From the NCBI RefSeq assembly GCF_018977255.1, contig NW_024704743.1, forward strand, positions 76,510,001-76,574,000: 64,000 nt of DNA, written 5' to 3'. The notes under the pieces were generated by a model that was not told the DNA's origin, did not search any database, and saw only the letters and a list, made by a program, of their open reading frames with translations. Numbering within the stretch: position 1 is the first letter of the stretch; each line of letters starts with the position of its first letter. This document shows, one piece after another, positions 35,779 to 49,564 of this stretch. Source of the stretch: Callorhinchus milii (Eukaryota). Position numbers and translations under genes: made by a program.

Positions 35779-38700
35779 GTAGAATGAGTAAAGGCCATTG
35801 AGCCCACTGTGACCGTTCATTCCACAAACAATTCAAAGCTGGAAATGATGGGCTGAATTGACTTTTTGTGCTCTGTGAATATTTTAAGAAAGCCCACCAC
35901 ATTGTGGATTCCTCTCTTCCCTAAAGATCATTGAAAGTGATTAAACTAAAATTCCAAAATGTACCTCTATTATTCATTCCTGCTCGTTTTCCTTCCAAAC
36001 AATACATCACCCTGTCGCAAGGGAAGCAGTTGTATCCACTAGAATATTGTGGCTGCCTGTACTTAGCCCTATGTGCTACAATGCTGTTCCTAAGCAATAT
36101 CACTGACAGTGGTACAGAGTGTTGATTCACCAGTGCTACTTTCTCCAGGCATGTCTCGTGGAACCACCTCAACCATAGAGACCACCCCTTACCTCCCTCC
36201 CGCCCCAAATGATAGTTACACGTTGGTTAGAACCATACAAATTTATGGCACAGAAAAAGGCCATTTGGATGTCAGATGGGCTGATCTGCATTCGTTCCAT
36301 TTTTCGCAAGAGGGTGAACCGGCATTTGGAACACCTGGAAAGTGCCTCAAGCTCAACTTGAGTACTTTTTAATCTGCCGTATATCAAATGCCCACCATAG
36401 TATCAGTTGTCCACCATAGCTTGGGATCAATACATTTTTAAATTTTACAAAAGTACTTTACTCAAGTCATTTATGAACAGCAAGCACTGAGAGTAGACCC
36501 TTGCGGAATTCTGCTAATTGTGGTACTTTTCCCAGCCTTTTATCCCGTTTATGATCATCTGCTTCCTATTGCTACGTTAGGTTTCAGTTCAAACTAACAT
36601 TTCTAATATTAGATGAATTTTTCAATGAAATGATGTCTAGCATCCAAGTGAAATAGATCTGCTAGATAATCCTTATCTGCTAAATTAGTTGCCTCCTCAA
36701 AGAATTCCAGTGGTTTTGTCAGGAATGACCTAATGCTAGTTATAAAACCTCTTTAGATGAACTAAATCATGTAAGTGCTCTTTAGATGAACATGGATAAC
36801 ATCCCATATAATGTTTTCAAGCATTTTTCCCACTACATTGGTTTAGCATTTCTAGGCTCATGTTTCATTGGTTTATTTGAATATCAGGTTGACATTTGCT
36901 ATTATAACAAGCCTCAGATATAGCTCAATGTTTATGCAGCTTCTCAGAGTACAGTGTGAAGTGACTTATTTCCTCGTGTATTCTAGAATTTCCTTGAAAA
37001 GTCTACAATTTGCCCTTTATAATGCACTTCACTATATTTCGCTCAGACTGTGGTTGTACTGTGGAATCTGTTTACCGTACATGCGAAAAGCAGGTCTGCT
37101 CACATCCTGTACGCTGGCTGGCTTTTCACACTAATATATCTGACTTCTAGATCATTGGATGGTCTACGAGAATTGTGGAGGGATTTTATCTTTTTTTTTA
37201 GAGATAAAGTGGTCAGATCATAAACAGCCAAAAAGGAGTTTATGCCAGAAATTTTATGGAGGCAGCAAGACACAACATGTAAAGCTAAGAATTTACACCG
37301 CATTACATTGAGGTTTTAGTAGTCAACCGCACCGTATTAAATCTAATCACACAATGGCCAGCCTCAGAACGTTTTCAAGTGCTGATGATTTGCTATAGCC
37401 TTTCTATCATTTATATTTGTATTTCAAGTTTTTGTTATTTGTAGTTTCTTTTAATTTTTACTTGATTTCCTATGAATTCTTCCACTTGCCTAAACAGCTT
37501 GCTGTCCATTTGTTCAATTTAGATGTTAATTATTAGAAGTTAAAGTTGTTTGCTGATTTACACTTAGATTGCTTTGGCCATACTTTCTTTAGCTGTTATT
37601 TTTCCTCCTAAAAATTATGTCTCTAACTGATCTTTCACGGGCTCTCAGAGCAATCTATTCAATCCCACTGTCTCTCCCTATTCCCATACCACTTCAAGCC
37701 TTTTTTTTCTTTCATGTGACTTTTGAGTCTCTCTTCTACTTACTTTTTGTGGTATAAATGTAGGGCATAGTGTTCATGATTAAAACAATTATAGCAATTG
37801 TTTTTTAAATATTTTAAATATTACAGAATGTAGTTTACAATTTGTGCAAATTACATTTACTGTTTTAGTACATTTTATTGTACCTCTTAGACCATGCTTT
37901 CAATCATCTTTCCCCTCTCCACATCTCAGTTCTCCCCCCTCCCCCCAACTTGGGTGGCCAGTCATCAGTGAATGTCAATCACTTTGAAACGCGTTCTCAA
38001 TGTGAAAGGCACTATGTAAATGTATGTTGTACTGTACCTTAAAAAGGTATCATAACAGTGGACACTTAAGGCCCTTTATCATTCAAAAACATTTGAAGGC
38101 ATTTACATAACTTCTGGAACAACCAAAGCTGTTTCCTATAGTTTAAATGTTTTACGATGTCACCAGCAGTGATCCTGAATGAATATACTGCATTGCTAAT
38201 TAGTACTGTATGTGGGAGGCATCCTTATAGCATGTTTTATGTATTAGTGCGATGTATCATGGAATAGAAGGATGGAGGGTGATAAAATCTAAGAGTAAGT
38301 TAACCCCCGCTGAGCTTTCCAGAATTGTTGATGAAGGCCTTGGAACAGACGATATCCAGCCCCCATCTCGGTGCTTTGGGGAAGGGACAAATTTGACAGA
38401 AGTGTGAAAATAAGCTTGAAAATCAGGGGAGGAGGTTGACGTGCAGCACGTGAGAGGATCTGGCCATCGTGTTTGTGCTGTTGCTGTGCTGTTGGAAGTA
38501 TTTGTTCTGTTCTCATTCCCTTGCACTTTCGTTATACCCTTTAATATTATTTGTATTCAATTCTAAATTAAATGCTGTCATTCACTTTGCTTCTATAATT
38601 AATTAAAACAAATATTATTAAAAAATAATTAGAATAATTTGGTCACTCAATCCACGACTGTTTGTGGGACACTGCTGTGCGCAATTGGGTGCCACATTTC

Positions 38701-40289
38701 GCCCACAAAATACAGTCAATTCACTTGACAGTATATTCTGTGAAGCACTTTTGAGACATCTCGAAGATGTGATAAGGGGCTATATCAAATGTAAGGATTA
38801 TATTTTATATTTATATTATAGACCCATGTGGTAAAGCATTCCATATTGTAACAAATCTTCAAATTTTTCTCTTCTACTTCTGTTGCTAATACTTAATTTA
38901 CGCCCTGACTCTGTCACTGTCACGCCCTGTCACTGACTCAAATGGTTGGACAATTTGGTGAAATTGTTGGTTATTGCTCATGCACCTTCTAGCAGAGGAT
39001 ACTGTAATGGGAACATATAGGATATCTGTAGAGATCAGGTTTCTTCTCCAAATAAGTCATATTATGGAAATGGAATCTGGTTTCAGGGTGTTGAACCCCA
39101 CACCAGATGTAACTCCGTACTGACAGATGCACACATTTTAACAGTTAAACATATGGTGTTCCTCTTCTTCATCTACTTAAGACCATAGTAAAATGGAGTA
39201 GATTTAAAAAAAATCTTAGACATACAGTACAAAACCGCCTTCTCATCAAAGACCATGTGCAATCTATCTAGTTTTCCTTCAAGCACTCTGAGATACTACC
39301 CTGCTTGAAGGGGCTAAGTAAGTGGAAGTTGTTATTGTCTGACATCTGCAATTCAATCTTAATTCAGATGCTAGGTTTTCTACAATTCTTAAAAGAAATG
39401 GCTTCCAGATAAAAGCTATATTGAAGAATTTTATCCAATTCTGGTTGATCTTAATTTTTAAGTAAAAAATGTCTTTACATTCAAATACTGTGTAGACAAT
39501 TGGGCCTCATGTGCTTTACACCACCTATTTACCATCCTCAGAAACAGCAAGCAAAACTTCAGAATGTTCATCTTTCCTTTTCAACTCAGACAACTGTAAT
39601 AAACACCCAATGCTTCCTGCACCAATAGAGCAATTGTGCCTCTAGGAGTACTTGATCAAGTCAAATTTATACTTCTCATAACATCCAATCTCATGCAGAT
39701 ATCAGGTTGAAGACTAATGTTCCCAAAAATTGAGTTATTCTTAATTAATAATTCAAAGATTTGCAGATTCTGTGTACAAACAGCCTAGAACTAACACTCT
39801 CATGTTTACAGCTCTGCGACTAATTACTTTTCTTCTCAAAATTGTGAGGCACTTGTGAGCATTAGAAGGTGCTGACTGGTATGTCTACACATACCTTTAA
39901 TAAAATACAGCTTTTAAAACTGTGAGGCACTTGTGAGCATTAGAAGGTGTTGACTGGTATGCCCACACATCTGCAGGTGAGAGTTACACCAGGAATCAGT
40001 ATTTGATAATTGCTATGTTCCTCACACTAGATTCTCCCCGGTAGTATTGCACACATGTCTCATGTTTCTAGTGGCAGCCGTGGGAATCTTTGCTATACTT
40101 TAAAGTATCATCCTGAGGGTCACTGGCCCAGAGGATGATGATGCAATGTGCTGTGCCTGCAGCTGTTTGAACTTTTAAGGTTAAAAAATGTCATCTTGTA
40201 TTGTGGTGTAACCTAGAACTGTAGAGTGAGTTTTATATCAAGTGGACTAGCCAGCCTCCATAAAGCATTGGACTTCACCAATTCACTGC

Positions 40290-41008
40290 AGTTTGCAAAT
40301 TGAACTTGAGCCTCAACTGTCCTTTCTACCCCACATCCATGCCATGACCCGCTCTGCCTTCTCCCACCTCCGCACTTCGCCCGGCTCCGCCATTGTCTCA
40401 AACCATAGGCCACTAAGACCCTCATACACGCATTCATAACATCTAGGCTCCACTATGCAAATTCCTGCTTGTCGGCCTCCCCACTTCCTCCCTCCATAGG
40501 CTGCAGATCATCCAGAATTCTGCAACCCGTGTCGTCTCCCGCACCAGGCTCCGTGACCCTATCACCCAATCCTTGAACGACTCCACTGGCTTCCCATTAC
40601 ACAGAGGATACAATTCAAGATTCTAGTCCTCACTTTCAAAGCCCTCCATGGCCTTGCTGCCACCTACCTCTGTGACCTCCTAACCCCCTACCAACCTGCC
40701 CATTCCCTCTGCTTAGCGGGCTCGGGCCTGCTTCATGTCCCCCGCTTCGCCCGCCCCACTATTGGAGGGTGGGCTTTCAGCCACTCTGCCCCCAACCTCT
40801 GGAAATCCACTCAGCAATCTCCCTGCCTCGCCCCCACCCTTCCCTCCTTCAAGACTCTCCTCTTTGACTGTGTCTTCGGTCACCCTTCTTCCCCCCCATG
40901 CCCTCTACTCGCTCTGATTCTGATCCTCAGCTCGGGTCCAGCGACTTGGGACATCCTCCCGAAGTGAAAGGCGCTATACAAATGTAATTTAGTTTGTTTG
41001 TTTGTTGT
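40290..41008 (+). mobile_element. L2 3' fragment (family A)
   Basis: Collinear with reverse complement of 16064-17040; same tail. Confidence 0.87.
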
Positions 41009-41828
41009 AATAAAAGTGCACTGCATAAAACCAGAAAGCATTAGCCACTTCCATAAACTTCTCCCCTGCTTTTTGCTGAGCAGTGCAAGTTATAAAGTCC
41101 CAAGCTTACAATCTTCAAGTTTGAGTTTTGATGTAGATATTTGGTTTGCCTCAATCTTCAAACTAACTCTATTACTCACTACTCCAAGAGTAAACTCTTA
41201 TTTAAAAATCTGACAGTGTCACATTTTTAAATGTAAATATGTTGAATGGTATTCCTTCTTTCGCATTAAGTCAGGATGTAGATATATTTTAGAGTACAAA
41301 CAGCAAAGTGCTGTGGTATTCTGGGCAAGGGTTCAGGAATTTGTAGTTTCCTATAGTGTCACATTGTCAGTTTGTTGAACCTATGACGTTGAGCATCAGC
41401 TTCCCATATATAATAAAATGTAATAATCCTTGCATTTGATATCGAGTGGGTGGAGGAACTGTACTACGAAGAACGATTAGATAAACTGGGCCTGTTCACA
41501 TTGGAGAAGAGAAAGTTGAGGGGTAATATGATTACAATCTTTAAGATTCTGAAGGGAAAATTGTAGACCATGACAAGCACGGGATACAGTGTATAGTTTG
41601 GGACATAACATGACAAGCGACTGCCAGAATGGTGGAAGGCGACCTAGAAGGACCTTGGTCTTCTTTTGCTAAACAAATTCTTATATAGTGCCGTATCACA
41701 TCATGAAAAAGTCTCAAAGTCCTTTATACGATTTGCTGTAAAGTGTAGTGACAGTATCTGTAGGTGGCTGCGATAGTCAATTTGCACATAACAGTGAATG
41801 AACAAGGATGAATGAATGCAAGGATTAT

Positions 41829-42131
41829 TATAATAATAAAATAATAATCCTTGCATTTGATATAGTGCTTTTCACGTCAGGAGGACATCCCAAAGCGCTT
41901 CACAGAACACACTGTAAAGTGAATTGACTGTATATTTGTGGGCGAACGCGGCAGCCAATTGTGCACAGCAATGTCCCACAAACAGTCGTGGATTGAAAAT
42001 GACCAATTTAATTATTGTTTTTGGTTTTTTGGAGGGATTATTATTAGGCTCTGTGTGGAGTAAGGAAACTTGCCCAAGGTTTCGCCCTCTGCCTGGAATT
42101 GAACTCAGGTCTCTCACTTGCAAAGCGAGTG
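41829..42131 (-). mobile_element. tRNA-derived SINE (short form, slightly 5'-truncated)
   Basis: Near-identical to 18114-18432. Confidence 0.9.
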
Positions 42132-42734
42132 AGAAATAACTTCATGCAGAACAAAACCTAATTAATTTTTTTTTGTTTTGCAATCCAAACATCTTTTGCT
42201 TGGCTGATACACCAAAACAGACCAATGGTCAATTACTGTGTTGTACAATAAAACTCACATAAGCAGTGTCTTCATGAATCGTATAATCGCCTATGTCATA
42301 CATTCACCGAATCCCATTCAGTTTCTTATCAAAACCACTTAGATTTCTTTGCACTACTTGTACTAATCACCTCCTAACTCGTAACACCGCTCCCCTACTC
42401 TCCATTATTCCCACACTTATCGGCTGCATTGAATCGTGGGAAATGACATCCTGACCTGCCGACACACTTTGGTAACCGTTAAACGATCCATGGCACTATT
42501 AAAAAAATGAGAAAGGAGTTTTTCCTGATGTTTTGGCCAACAATCTCCCAATTGGCTGCATTGAATCCCAGGAAATGTAGTTTTCATCTGATGACCTATA
42601 CAGAAAGGATGCACTCCCCATGACTCAATGCGATTCCAACACTTACTGGTAAGTGCGGTGGATGAAGATGAGTCAAACCGTCTCCACTTCGTCTCTTCAA
42701 ATGGTTTCTCCTCAGCTTGTCTGGCAGGCACTAG

Positions 42735-43830
42735 GGCCTGGATGAGCGAAAACTAATGGCAACTAAATGTTGACAAGACGGAAGCCATATTCCTTGGCCT
42801 CCGTCAATGTCTTCTGTTCTGTGGCTCTGACCTCCTCAACCTCCTTAGCCTATTCCTCAGACTTACTGAACCAGTGTGCAACCTCGGCATCAGGTTCGAC
42901 CCACAGCTGTCCTTCCTTTCCTGTCATCCATCTCTGACCAGGACCACCTTCCTCCACTTTCGCCACATTACCCACCTCTGACTACCTTACCCCAGACGCA
43001 GCTAAAATACTGGTCCACGTATTCGTTACCTCCTGCATCGACTATTCAAATGCTGTATTTGCTGGTCTCCCCAGCTCCACCAAGCACAGGATCCAGCTGG
43101 TCCAAAACTCCACCGCCCACATTCTCACCCGTACTAAACTCCGCGCCCCCATCACACCCATCTTAGCAAAGCTCCACTGGCTTCCTGTCGCCTGATGGAT
43201 CATTTCAAGATTGTCACGCTTGTTTCAAATCCCTTGTACCTTGCTGTCTCTCCGACCTGCTTATTCCCCAACCCATAACCCGCTAGCTCTGCCTGACTGG
43301 CTCCGGCCTTCTACATGTCCCTCATGCCCTCCGTTCGACCAGCGAGGGCGCATAGTGGCTGAAAGCACAGGGCGAAACCTTGGGCAAGTTTCCTTATTCC
43401 ACACGCCTGATAATAATCTTTCAAAAAAAAATTGGTCACTTCAATCTACAACTGTTTGTAGGAAACTGCTATGCGTAATTGGCTGCCGTGTTTTGCCCAC
43501 AAATCTACAGTCAATTCATTTTACAGTCTATTCTGTGAAGAGCTTTGAGACGTCTAGAAGTCGTGAAAAAGTAGTATATTCAATGCAAGAATTATTATCA
43601 TTATAGGTGGCTGCGCTTTCAGCCACTACACACCCAAACTCTGGAACACTCTTCCTCTATCCCTCCGCCTTGCTCCTTCCTTCTCCATCTTCAAGTTGCG
43701 CCTGAAGACCTTCCTCTTCGACCATGCTTACGGTCACCTCCCCCCGACTCGGCATCATGCTCTGCCACTGTCAAACGCTCTGGGACGCTGCCCTGCATGA
43801 GGGGCGCTACATAAATGTATGTTGTTGTTG
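42735..43830 (+). mobile_element. L2 3' fragment (family B) with nested partial SINE
   Basis: QLNVDKTEAI-like start, HWLP motif, tail GGCGCTACATAAATGTAT(GTT)n. Confidence 0.83.
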
Positions 43831-43934
43831 AATCATGGGAACTGTAGTCTTGACTACAATTTGTCTTGTAGTCACTTACTGGCTGCATTGAATTATACAT
43901 GCACATTGTAGATTGTTGATTAAATTGGATTTTA

Positions 43935-44372
43935 ATCCCCCATCACACCAGTCCTTGCTATGCTCCACTGTCTCCCAATTACCGCACAAATTGATTTCAA
44001 GATCCTCTCACTCGTTTTCAAATCCTTTCATGCCTTGGCACCTCCCTAGCTGTCCAATTTGCTTACCCCCCACTCCCCTTCTTGCTGCCTCTGTTCGGCT
44101 GGCTTCGGCTTCCTGTTCGATCCCTCGTTCCCTCCGCTCCACCATCAGTACCTGTGCCTTCAGCCACTATGCCTGAAACTCTGGAACTCTCTCACTCGAT
44201 CCCTCCCCCTTGCCCCCTCCCTCCCTACTTTCAAATCCAGCTTAAGACCTTTCTTTTTGATCGGTCACCTCCCCCCTCTCCGCCTAGCTTGAGGTCAGAC
44301 TCTGCAACTGTCAAGCACTCCGGGATGCTACCCTGAGTGAAGGGTGCTATATAAATGCAAGTTGTTGTTGTT
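43935..44372 (+). mobile_element. L2 3' fragment (family B)
   Basis: Similar to 45124-45560; tail TGCTATATAAATGCAA(GTT)n. Confidence 0.82.
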
Positions 44373-45123
44373 TACTGTATGTTCTTTTGTACAACAGCGC
44401 CTGATTGTCAAATACTGTAGCGTCACATTATAATCAGTATAGCTTGAAATGAAATAAGAGTATTTGCATTGCTACAATTTGATTATTCTGACTTGAGCTA
44501 TGATATATTTGCCACAGATGTCGTAAAGTGCAGTGTAGATTTAAATGTCTGTTTCTCTCTTTTACCTCCATCAAGTCCCACCTACCCCCACACACACATA
44601 TCTGGTTTATGATATAGATTTTACATCCTGATAATCCCCTGTAGCAAACTAAATGGTTTGCTAGAAACTAAAATGGTATATATCCCTCCCAAGTAAACTT
44701 TTTCACGGTGATGACTTTAATTACCATGTTAAAAGTTACTTTGCCATATTCTGCACATTTCAGAAATTGTACCAGTTTCATGGGCTTGTGAAAAAACATC
44801 TGCGTTTCCCATCAGGCTAAGCAGCTGGCCAGATGCTTGAAAATAGCACAGAAGATCATGCATTTCCCACCTGAGATCGGCTGTTAAACCTGCATGGTAA
44901 AAGTTTAATGTAGGGAAAATCACACTGACTTACATTTCCATATTGTAAATATTGCACCAAAAAGCTAAATTATTGTCATAGGCTTTAAATGGAAATAATT
45001 TGCTTTGGAAATTAGGAGAATGTTTTTCTCTCAAGTCAAAATGCCTGAAAAATGTGTTACTTATACAGACCGGCTAGATTTACGATTTGTTTTCAAATTT
45101 GGGTTATCACATACATTACTGGA

Positions 45124-45560
45124 TTACCCCAGTCCTTGCCAGACTGCACTGGCTGCCTATCCCAGAGAGGATCGATTTCAAGATCCTCTCTCTTGTATTC
45201 AAGTCCCTGCACTCCTCTGCAACCCCTACCTCTCTGACCTCCTCAACCCTCAAAACAGTACCCGTTGCCTTCGTTCCTCCGGGTCTGGCCTCCTCCTCGT
45301 CCCCCGAATCCTCCGCTCCACCCTCGGTGGCCGTGCCTTCAGCCACTACGCCCCGAGGCTCTGGAACTCCCTTCCTCACTCCCTTCTCCTCGCTCCCTCC
45401 CTTCCTATTTTCATGTCTCTGCTGAAGAACTTTCTTTTCGACCGCGCCTTTGGTCACCTTCCCCCCCCCCTCCCCCTGGCTCGGTCCCGTGATCCGTTTG
45501 CTGTGAAGCGCTCTGAGACGCCGTCCGGCGTGGAGGGCGCTATATAAATCCAAGTTGTTG
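45124..45560 (+). mobile_element. L2 3' fragment (family B, relatively young)
   Basis: ITPVLARLHWLPIPERIDFKILSLVFKSLH and RAFSHYAPRLWNSLP; CpGs retained; tail GGCGCTATATAAATCCAAGTTGTTG. Confidence 0.88.
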
Positions 45561-46964
45561 TGCTCGCTTTTTAAAATGTTTATTTTTGCTTAAATAAACT
45601 CAAAACTGCAAGAACAATAATAAAATTAATAATTAATAACCATAGCTATAAGGTTGTATTGCAGGATATATTTTTCTTTGATAACATGGGGGAGATTTAA
45701 AAGATGTTTACTGACACAACAACCTTCAATGTCTCCCTGAGTGGATTATTCCAAATATTCACTGCTCTGGGTTAAATAATTCTGAACTTTCTGTTCGTTT
45801 GCAAGGATTAAAATTATTTTTACTTTTTCTGAGTGTGAGTCTTTGTCCCCTTGTAGATTTGTTTTGACTCTATTGATCATCTAGATTTTATTTAGATTAG
45901 TTAATGTCTAATCTTGAAGATTTTGAACACTCCAATAAGGTCTTTCCTGAGTCTTTTCTTTCGTGTGCATATTCTGTAGCCTGTCCTCATTCAGTTATCA
46001 ATTTAGTATTTGTTTGTTGTATCCTTTCCATTGCTAAGATTCCTTTACTGCAATATAGCTACCAGAATTGTAAGCAGTACTTCAGGTGAGGTTGAACCTG
46101 AGTCATTGTATCAATTACAGTGACTTGTGCTCTATGGTGTTAGCAATACACCTCCAAAATCTTGTTTGCTTTCTTTACTTCTGGCAAAGCACAGAGCGCT
46201 TAACAGTTGTGGAGCCCAAGGCTGAGCCAGGGGGAGGGGGAAAGTGACCATGTGGTTTCAGTGATTTTTCTAACAGAACCCCAAATCATTCTCCTATATC
46301 TTGTCCTACAGATTAATACATTTATGGTTTATTCACCCTGCCTATTCTCCTTCCCCAATCTCATTACTCTGCATTTAACCATAATAAATGATATTTTCTG
46401 TCAAAATCACCTATAGTTGCTCAGCCTATTCCTAGTTATTTGCACTTCCCCAGTTTGGTGTCATCAGCAAATTTATTTGACTTGGTATCTCTCCACACTT
46501 CCAAACAATCTTTTGCAGAACAGAAAGAAGATGGCAATAGGTCCTTGCACTTACATAGCACCCTCCATGTCGGGCGGCGTCTCAGAGCGCTTAACAGTTG
46601 TGGAGCCCAAGGCTGAGCCAGGGGGAGGGGGAAAGTGACCATAGGTGCGGCTGAAAAGGAAGGTCTTCAGGCGTGACCTGAAGATGGGGAAGGAGGGGGC
46701 GAGGCACAGCTGCCAATGGTGGAGCGGAGGATTCGGGGGATGCGGAGGAGGCTGAACCTTGCTGCTAGAATTCCTTGTGTTCTTTACATCACAAGTTTTT
46801 TTTTAAACAAGTTTCTTTTCGCAATTCAATATACAGCAGGAATAGAGTATAAATGGAGAGATGCAGATAATAATAACATTGCACTTGAATGGGTATGGCA
46901 TCACATTAAGATGATCCCACACCCATTAAGGTGAAAATTGTAAGATGTAAAGAAAGGTAATTAT

Positions 46965-47312
46965 AAAAATAATAATCATTGCATTTGATATAGCGCCTTA
47001 TCACATCTTCGAGATGTTTCAAAGCGCTTCACAGAATGTACTCTTTTGTGGGCGAAACGCGGCAGCCAGTTGCACACAACAGTGTCCCACAAACAGTCGT
47101 GGATTGAATGACCAAATTATTACTATTTTTTTAAGGAATTATTACCCCAGGAAAAGTGATCTGCCAATCGACTAGCAACCGGGTTCCTACTTACTGCTAG
47201 GTAAACAGAGCGTGTGGAGTAAGGAAACTTGCCCACGTTTCACCCTGCTGGGAATTGAACTCAGGACTCTTGCTTGCGAGGCGAGTGCTCTAAGCACTGA
47301 GCTACGGGACCT
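46965..47312 (-). mobile_element. tRNA-derived SINE (long form)
   Basis: Reverse complement of family sequence. Confidence 0.87.
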
Positions 47313-47883
47313 CCCCTTGACTTGGTTGGGTCTTAGTTTGCATTGGAGTTGTTGCAGGAATGTTCAGTTTTAGTGCTGGTTCCCATTTTTTTCATTTAAG
47401 TTGATATTTCAGAAACCATGAGTCAAATTTCGACCAGCAACTTTAGTGGTGGCCTGTAGCCCAAATATTACTGCAAAGTTGGGAGCCTGGTGAATCCTCA
47501 ATCAATAATTATTGGCTGGCACAATGGCAATTTTGACAGTAATTCTTGAATTTGCACTCTGTTTTTACCTTTGGTTCTTATTCACAATGTAGCACATTTA
47601 AAACTAAACAGCATCGTATTTTCAATTGCTCCCTTTTAGTTTCTCTTTCAAATTTTCTTTCTTTCGCCTCTCCTTTACCTGTTGGCTTGTAAATTACCAA
47701 TGCTGCCAATTATGGTCTTTATTCCACTGACTCCAAGCGCCTTCTAGGCCTTTGCCATCATAGAAGAGTGGAAAAATGTCTAGTTCTTTTGAAGACCAAT
47801 TTATTGTAATAACATTATAATAGTCTATGCTGGTTATTGTGAATATGGGGCATCATTCCAAATAAATATATTTTTTTATTCAG

Positions 47884-48058
47884 GTCGAGACTTAATGTGC
47901 ATTCAATCTATGGATGGGATGCTCATTTTCTTTGAACAAGAAAGCTATTCTTTTGGTCGTTACTTGCCTGGTTTCCTCTTGCCCGGCCCATTGAAATACA
48001 GCTCCAGGTCTGACTCTTTCATTACAGTCTCCTCAAGTCGACAAGTTGAAAACTATAA
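47884..48058 (+). CDS. BBS9: BBS9 coding exon 5
   Basis: 175 nt, (G)RDLMCIQSMDGMLIFFEQESYSFGRYLPGFLLPGPLKYSSRSDSFITVSSSRQVENY(K); CAG/GTGAGT. Confidence 0.95.
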
Positions 48059-49564
48059 GTGAGTTCAATATTTTTCTTGGCTTTCAAGTTATGTGTATTA
48101 AAAGAAAAAGATCCAGTAATGCAGTTAATCCTGAAAGGAATTTTATTTCTATTTTGAAGCACAGTCAAAAAATGTGAGATTAATGTTTACATTTAGAAAA
48201 CAGTATTGATTAAGAAACTCAACATTTTCTTTGTGTGTAGCTGTTGAGGTTTTGGGTGGTGTAATTGCACACTGACATATGCTATTGAAATAAGTGACCA
48301 TAATTGATATGCTTTTCTTTGGGAATAAGTATAAATTACTACATCCATGAACAATTAATTATTTTATGAATAGCGTTATTACATGTGCTGCCTAATTTGT
48401 ACTCTGGTCACGGAGGTGGAGGTATTTTTTTCTTCAGCTGCATGTCACTTATAATTTTTGTGGCAAAAAGAAAGCAGTGAATTTTCATGAACACAGTGCT
48501 CACATTGTTTCAAATTATTCAAATGCCATATCCTCAGTATTCACTGTTCCTCTGTTTAATTTTGTTTCCCTATATCTGAAAAGAAAATAGAACATTTCTG
48601 ATGGTTCGCAAAGCATGTCTATTCATTAAAAATATATTGGTAAATGTTTTATTTTTTCACTCGATTCTCTGGCTGAGAGGGTCAGTAGTATGTAGTTGCC
48701 TAACAATGCCATTCCTAAAGGGCTACAATGTTATATTGTGGGGAACATGTAAGTGGGTAACCCCTTATTCAGATAACTGATTTCACATGTTGCACTGCGT
48801 TAAGTCAGTCCAGAATAGTATTTCTACTATTATCAAAGCAACATGACCAGGCAAAGGATTTCCAAGTAAACAACTGTGCACTGGTTTTTGAGAAGTCCAA
48901 CTGGTTCAGAAATGTGATCATTTTGGATAAATGGTATTCCGATGCATTGATTCTCACTCTATGAGAGCAGGTTGGGATGATTGACTACATAGTCAGGAAT
49001 GTACAGGACCAGAGAAAAGACCATTTTCTTCTAGCCAGGCCAAACTTTTTTTTAAATAAAAAAGCTGCACAATTCAGTGTGGATTCTATGGCAAAATGCA
49101 GCCTTTGGGAGCCAACATAACCAAGATTGGAACCTTCCTTGAAGGGAATTGCAGACAAGAACCTTGTATTGATGTATGCCATGAAATGGAACATCAGTTG
49201 CATTAATGGCACCACCTATACCTATTATAAATGTCCTGTTCTTGGCCAGTGATGTGACTGCTTGTAATATTATAGTTGAATAATATCATTATAAAATAAA
49301 TAATTTTTGCATTTGACATAGCTCCTGGCCATATTGTCAAAATGTCATTAAATAAACTCGAAGTGCTTCACAGGATTTTTACTGTGAAGTGTAATGACTG
49401 TTCTCAAATATTTGGGAGTACAAAGGTATAAGTTATAAAACCTGACCACATGAGAGGGGAAGCAAAGGAGATGAGAGCAGCAGAGAGGAATAGATGAAGA
49501 GAGAGTAAGATAGATGCTTGAAAAAGAGGACTATGGAAGCATGTGAAGAGCAAGGCATCTTATG

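Noticed and set aside
39838..39970. CRISPR-like repeat-spacer-repeat
   Set aside because: Only two units, eukaryotic intron, no cas genes
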